23,550 nucleotides of DNA from a virus. Within the stretch, counting starts at the first letter, position 1. Each line of letters opens with the position of its first letter. The notes beneath the pieces were generated by a model. It ran no database searches. It saw only the letters and a program-made list of their open reading frames with translations, and was not told where the DNA came from. Below, in pieces: positions 23,401 through 23,550 of the stretch. The stretch spans positions 1 through 23,550 of the IMG/VR virus record IMGVR_UViG_3300028025_003977; one strand, given 5' to 3'. Both the position numbers and the translations under genes were made by a program.

Positions 23401-23550
23401 CAACTGCTGGAATCCTAGACCCAACCGATGAAAGATACAATGAAGAATATAAGAGTGCACAGTTAGGTAAAGGTAAACCAAAACCAGTAGATGCAAAAAC
23501 TGGAAGACCAGCTACTAAAAGGTCTGTAGGAAGGCATCAACGTGGTGGAA
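20412..23550 (+). CDS. Tape measure protein (5' part, truncated by the window end)
   Basis: GTG at 20412 overlaps the previous TAG, SD AGGTGA 20400-20405. Translates MSDVRSQFSYDANFG...NWGKNTQWAGRQLTVG...AAEGANAIKSGL (TP901-type TMP core). Absent from the ORF track because no stop codon occurs in the window. Confidence 0.92.
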   Translation, partial: MSDVRSQFSYDANFGPAQTQIRSLVKDITVLNAAFKSLDNEANKVRNARAGSFMSSLGNIGGFNAQIVDLTSDVERFGKALQKNQLTLRQYYKEAAQAYKKNSMARRLAEDEVRRAQSQLVGMGQNQKGRQQGMLITPLTIDTSDINTKMAISQKQFSIFNKLVNDGATQLINWGKNTQWAGRQLTVGLTVPLTIFGAAVSKTFREVDKELTRFAKVYGSDLVGANQQATNTMRSQVEQLSKDFAGKYGIAAKETAGLAADLAATGLEGQKLLDSVAQTTRLAVLGEVDRQEAMKATLALQGAFNMSTTELAESINFLNAVENQTSASLQDLTEAIPRVGPVINSLGGDVKDLAVLLVAMKEGGVNAAEGANAIKSGLASLINPTRQASETAKQYGIDLDGIVKANKGKLMPTIMAFQEALSGLDQFAKAQIIEQLFGKYQFARISALFDNLNASGSQTVEVLKLMGASSQDLAKIANGEIRTLTESSSMRFQRSMEAIKASLIPVGQVLTDAVIPFLEKTANLIQMLVEYASNLPGPVKSFLKVATGFTLVAGPLIMLAGVFGNFLGYITKSAMSITKLGAALAGLRTEKFEMLDDTQLAASKASDILTSGYNNQRASLDKLNIAMEAYLANLREEVTLSSQVFVPGTKTSGRGPKGGKKAKLAEGGQPYVPGSGDGDKVPALLEPGEFVVNKKAAAKYGPLLEDINFNRSPRFQKGGHSGPGSNLTDFIRLQEGGDTQKLANKTILRIRKKSASDQKAQALESFVLRGMDKYKDSPSEFKKFIASLTAELEALDKQGKKYNSKAVLGEPAKPWVLESGVSRSASRSETVRGGSPSEIRRIKRDQAASLNPMEDAIVKRLREAKFTESDIKKFAGVEAAHLSKDRKTIDGVEYKIWRPSNLSWIPRAENKAMEYLTRKGPTQGVFESALKQAGATPNQIKSILAGNHPVSGSSSRDSLLKAFSILEERGMLPAGSRAESWVRATNALNGKSPIYSPTAGILDPTDERYNEEYKSAQLGKGKPKPVDAKTGRPATKRSVGRHQRGG

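Noticed and set aside
1-23550. tRNA genes, CRISPR arrays, DGR template repeats or stop-codon reassignment
   Set aside because: Intergenic gaps are short and show no cloverleaf or repeat-spacer pattern, no reverse transcriptase is present, and genes are full length under the standard code.

Overview
AT-rich segment of a tailed dsDNA phage with siphovirus-type morphogenesis genes. Leaderless TGnTAnnnT promoters, an actinophage-type holin pair and the gene set suggest a low-GC Actinobacteria host, for example a freshwater one; this is inference. Left to right: a small heat-shock protein (Hsp20) gene framed by regulatory DNA/RNA elements, an HNH endonuclease, a holin-like pair, a GT-B glycosyltransferase, tail-fibre-like genes, a divergent Zn-binding ORF and class II (B12) ribonucleotide reductase, a 1041-aa LamG-type virion protein, portal, a multi-domain prohead protease with a nested scaffold, major capsid, head-tail/neck proteins, major tail protein, a tail assembly chaperone with a -1 frameshift, and a tape measure protein that starts at 20412 and runs off the window (missing from the ORF track). 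The most notable signals are: (i) an HNH-like cargo segment bracketed by xxxGG motifs inside the tape measure protein, paralleled by K-S/A-flanked Zn-finger and Tudor-like inserts in the prohead protease, suggesting virion polyproteins that carry cargo domains; (ii) a ROSE-like RNA thermometer, a perfect CRP-type box, 11-bp phased repeats and a compact 3' H-type pseudoknot around hsp20. No terminase, endolysin, tRNA or CRISPR array was seen. All family assignments come from motif recognition by eye, not database searches.
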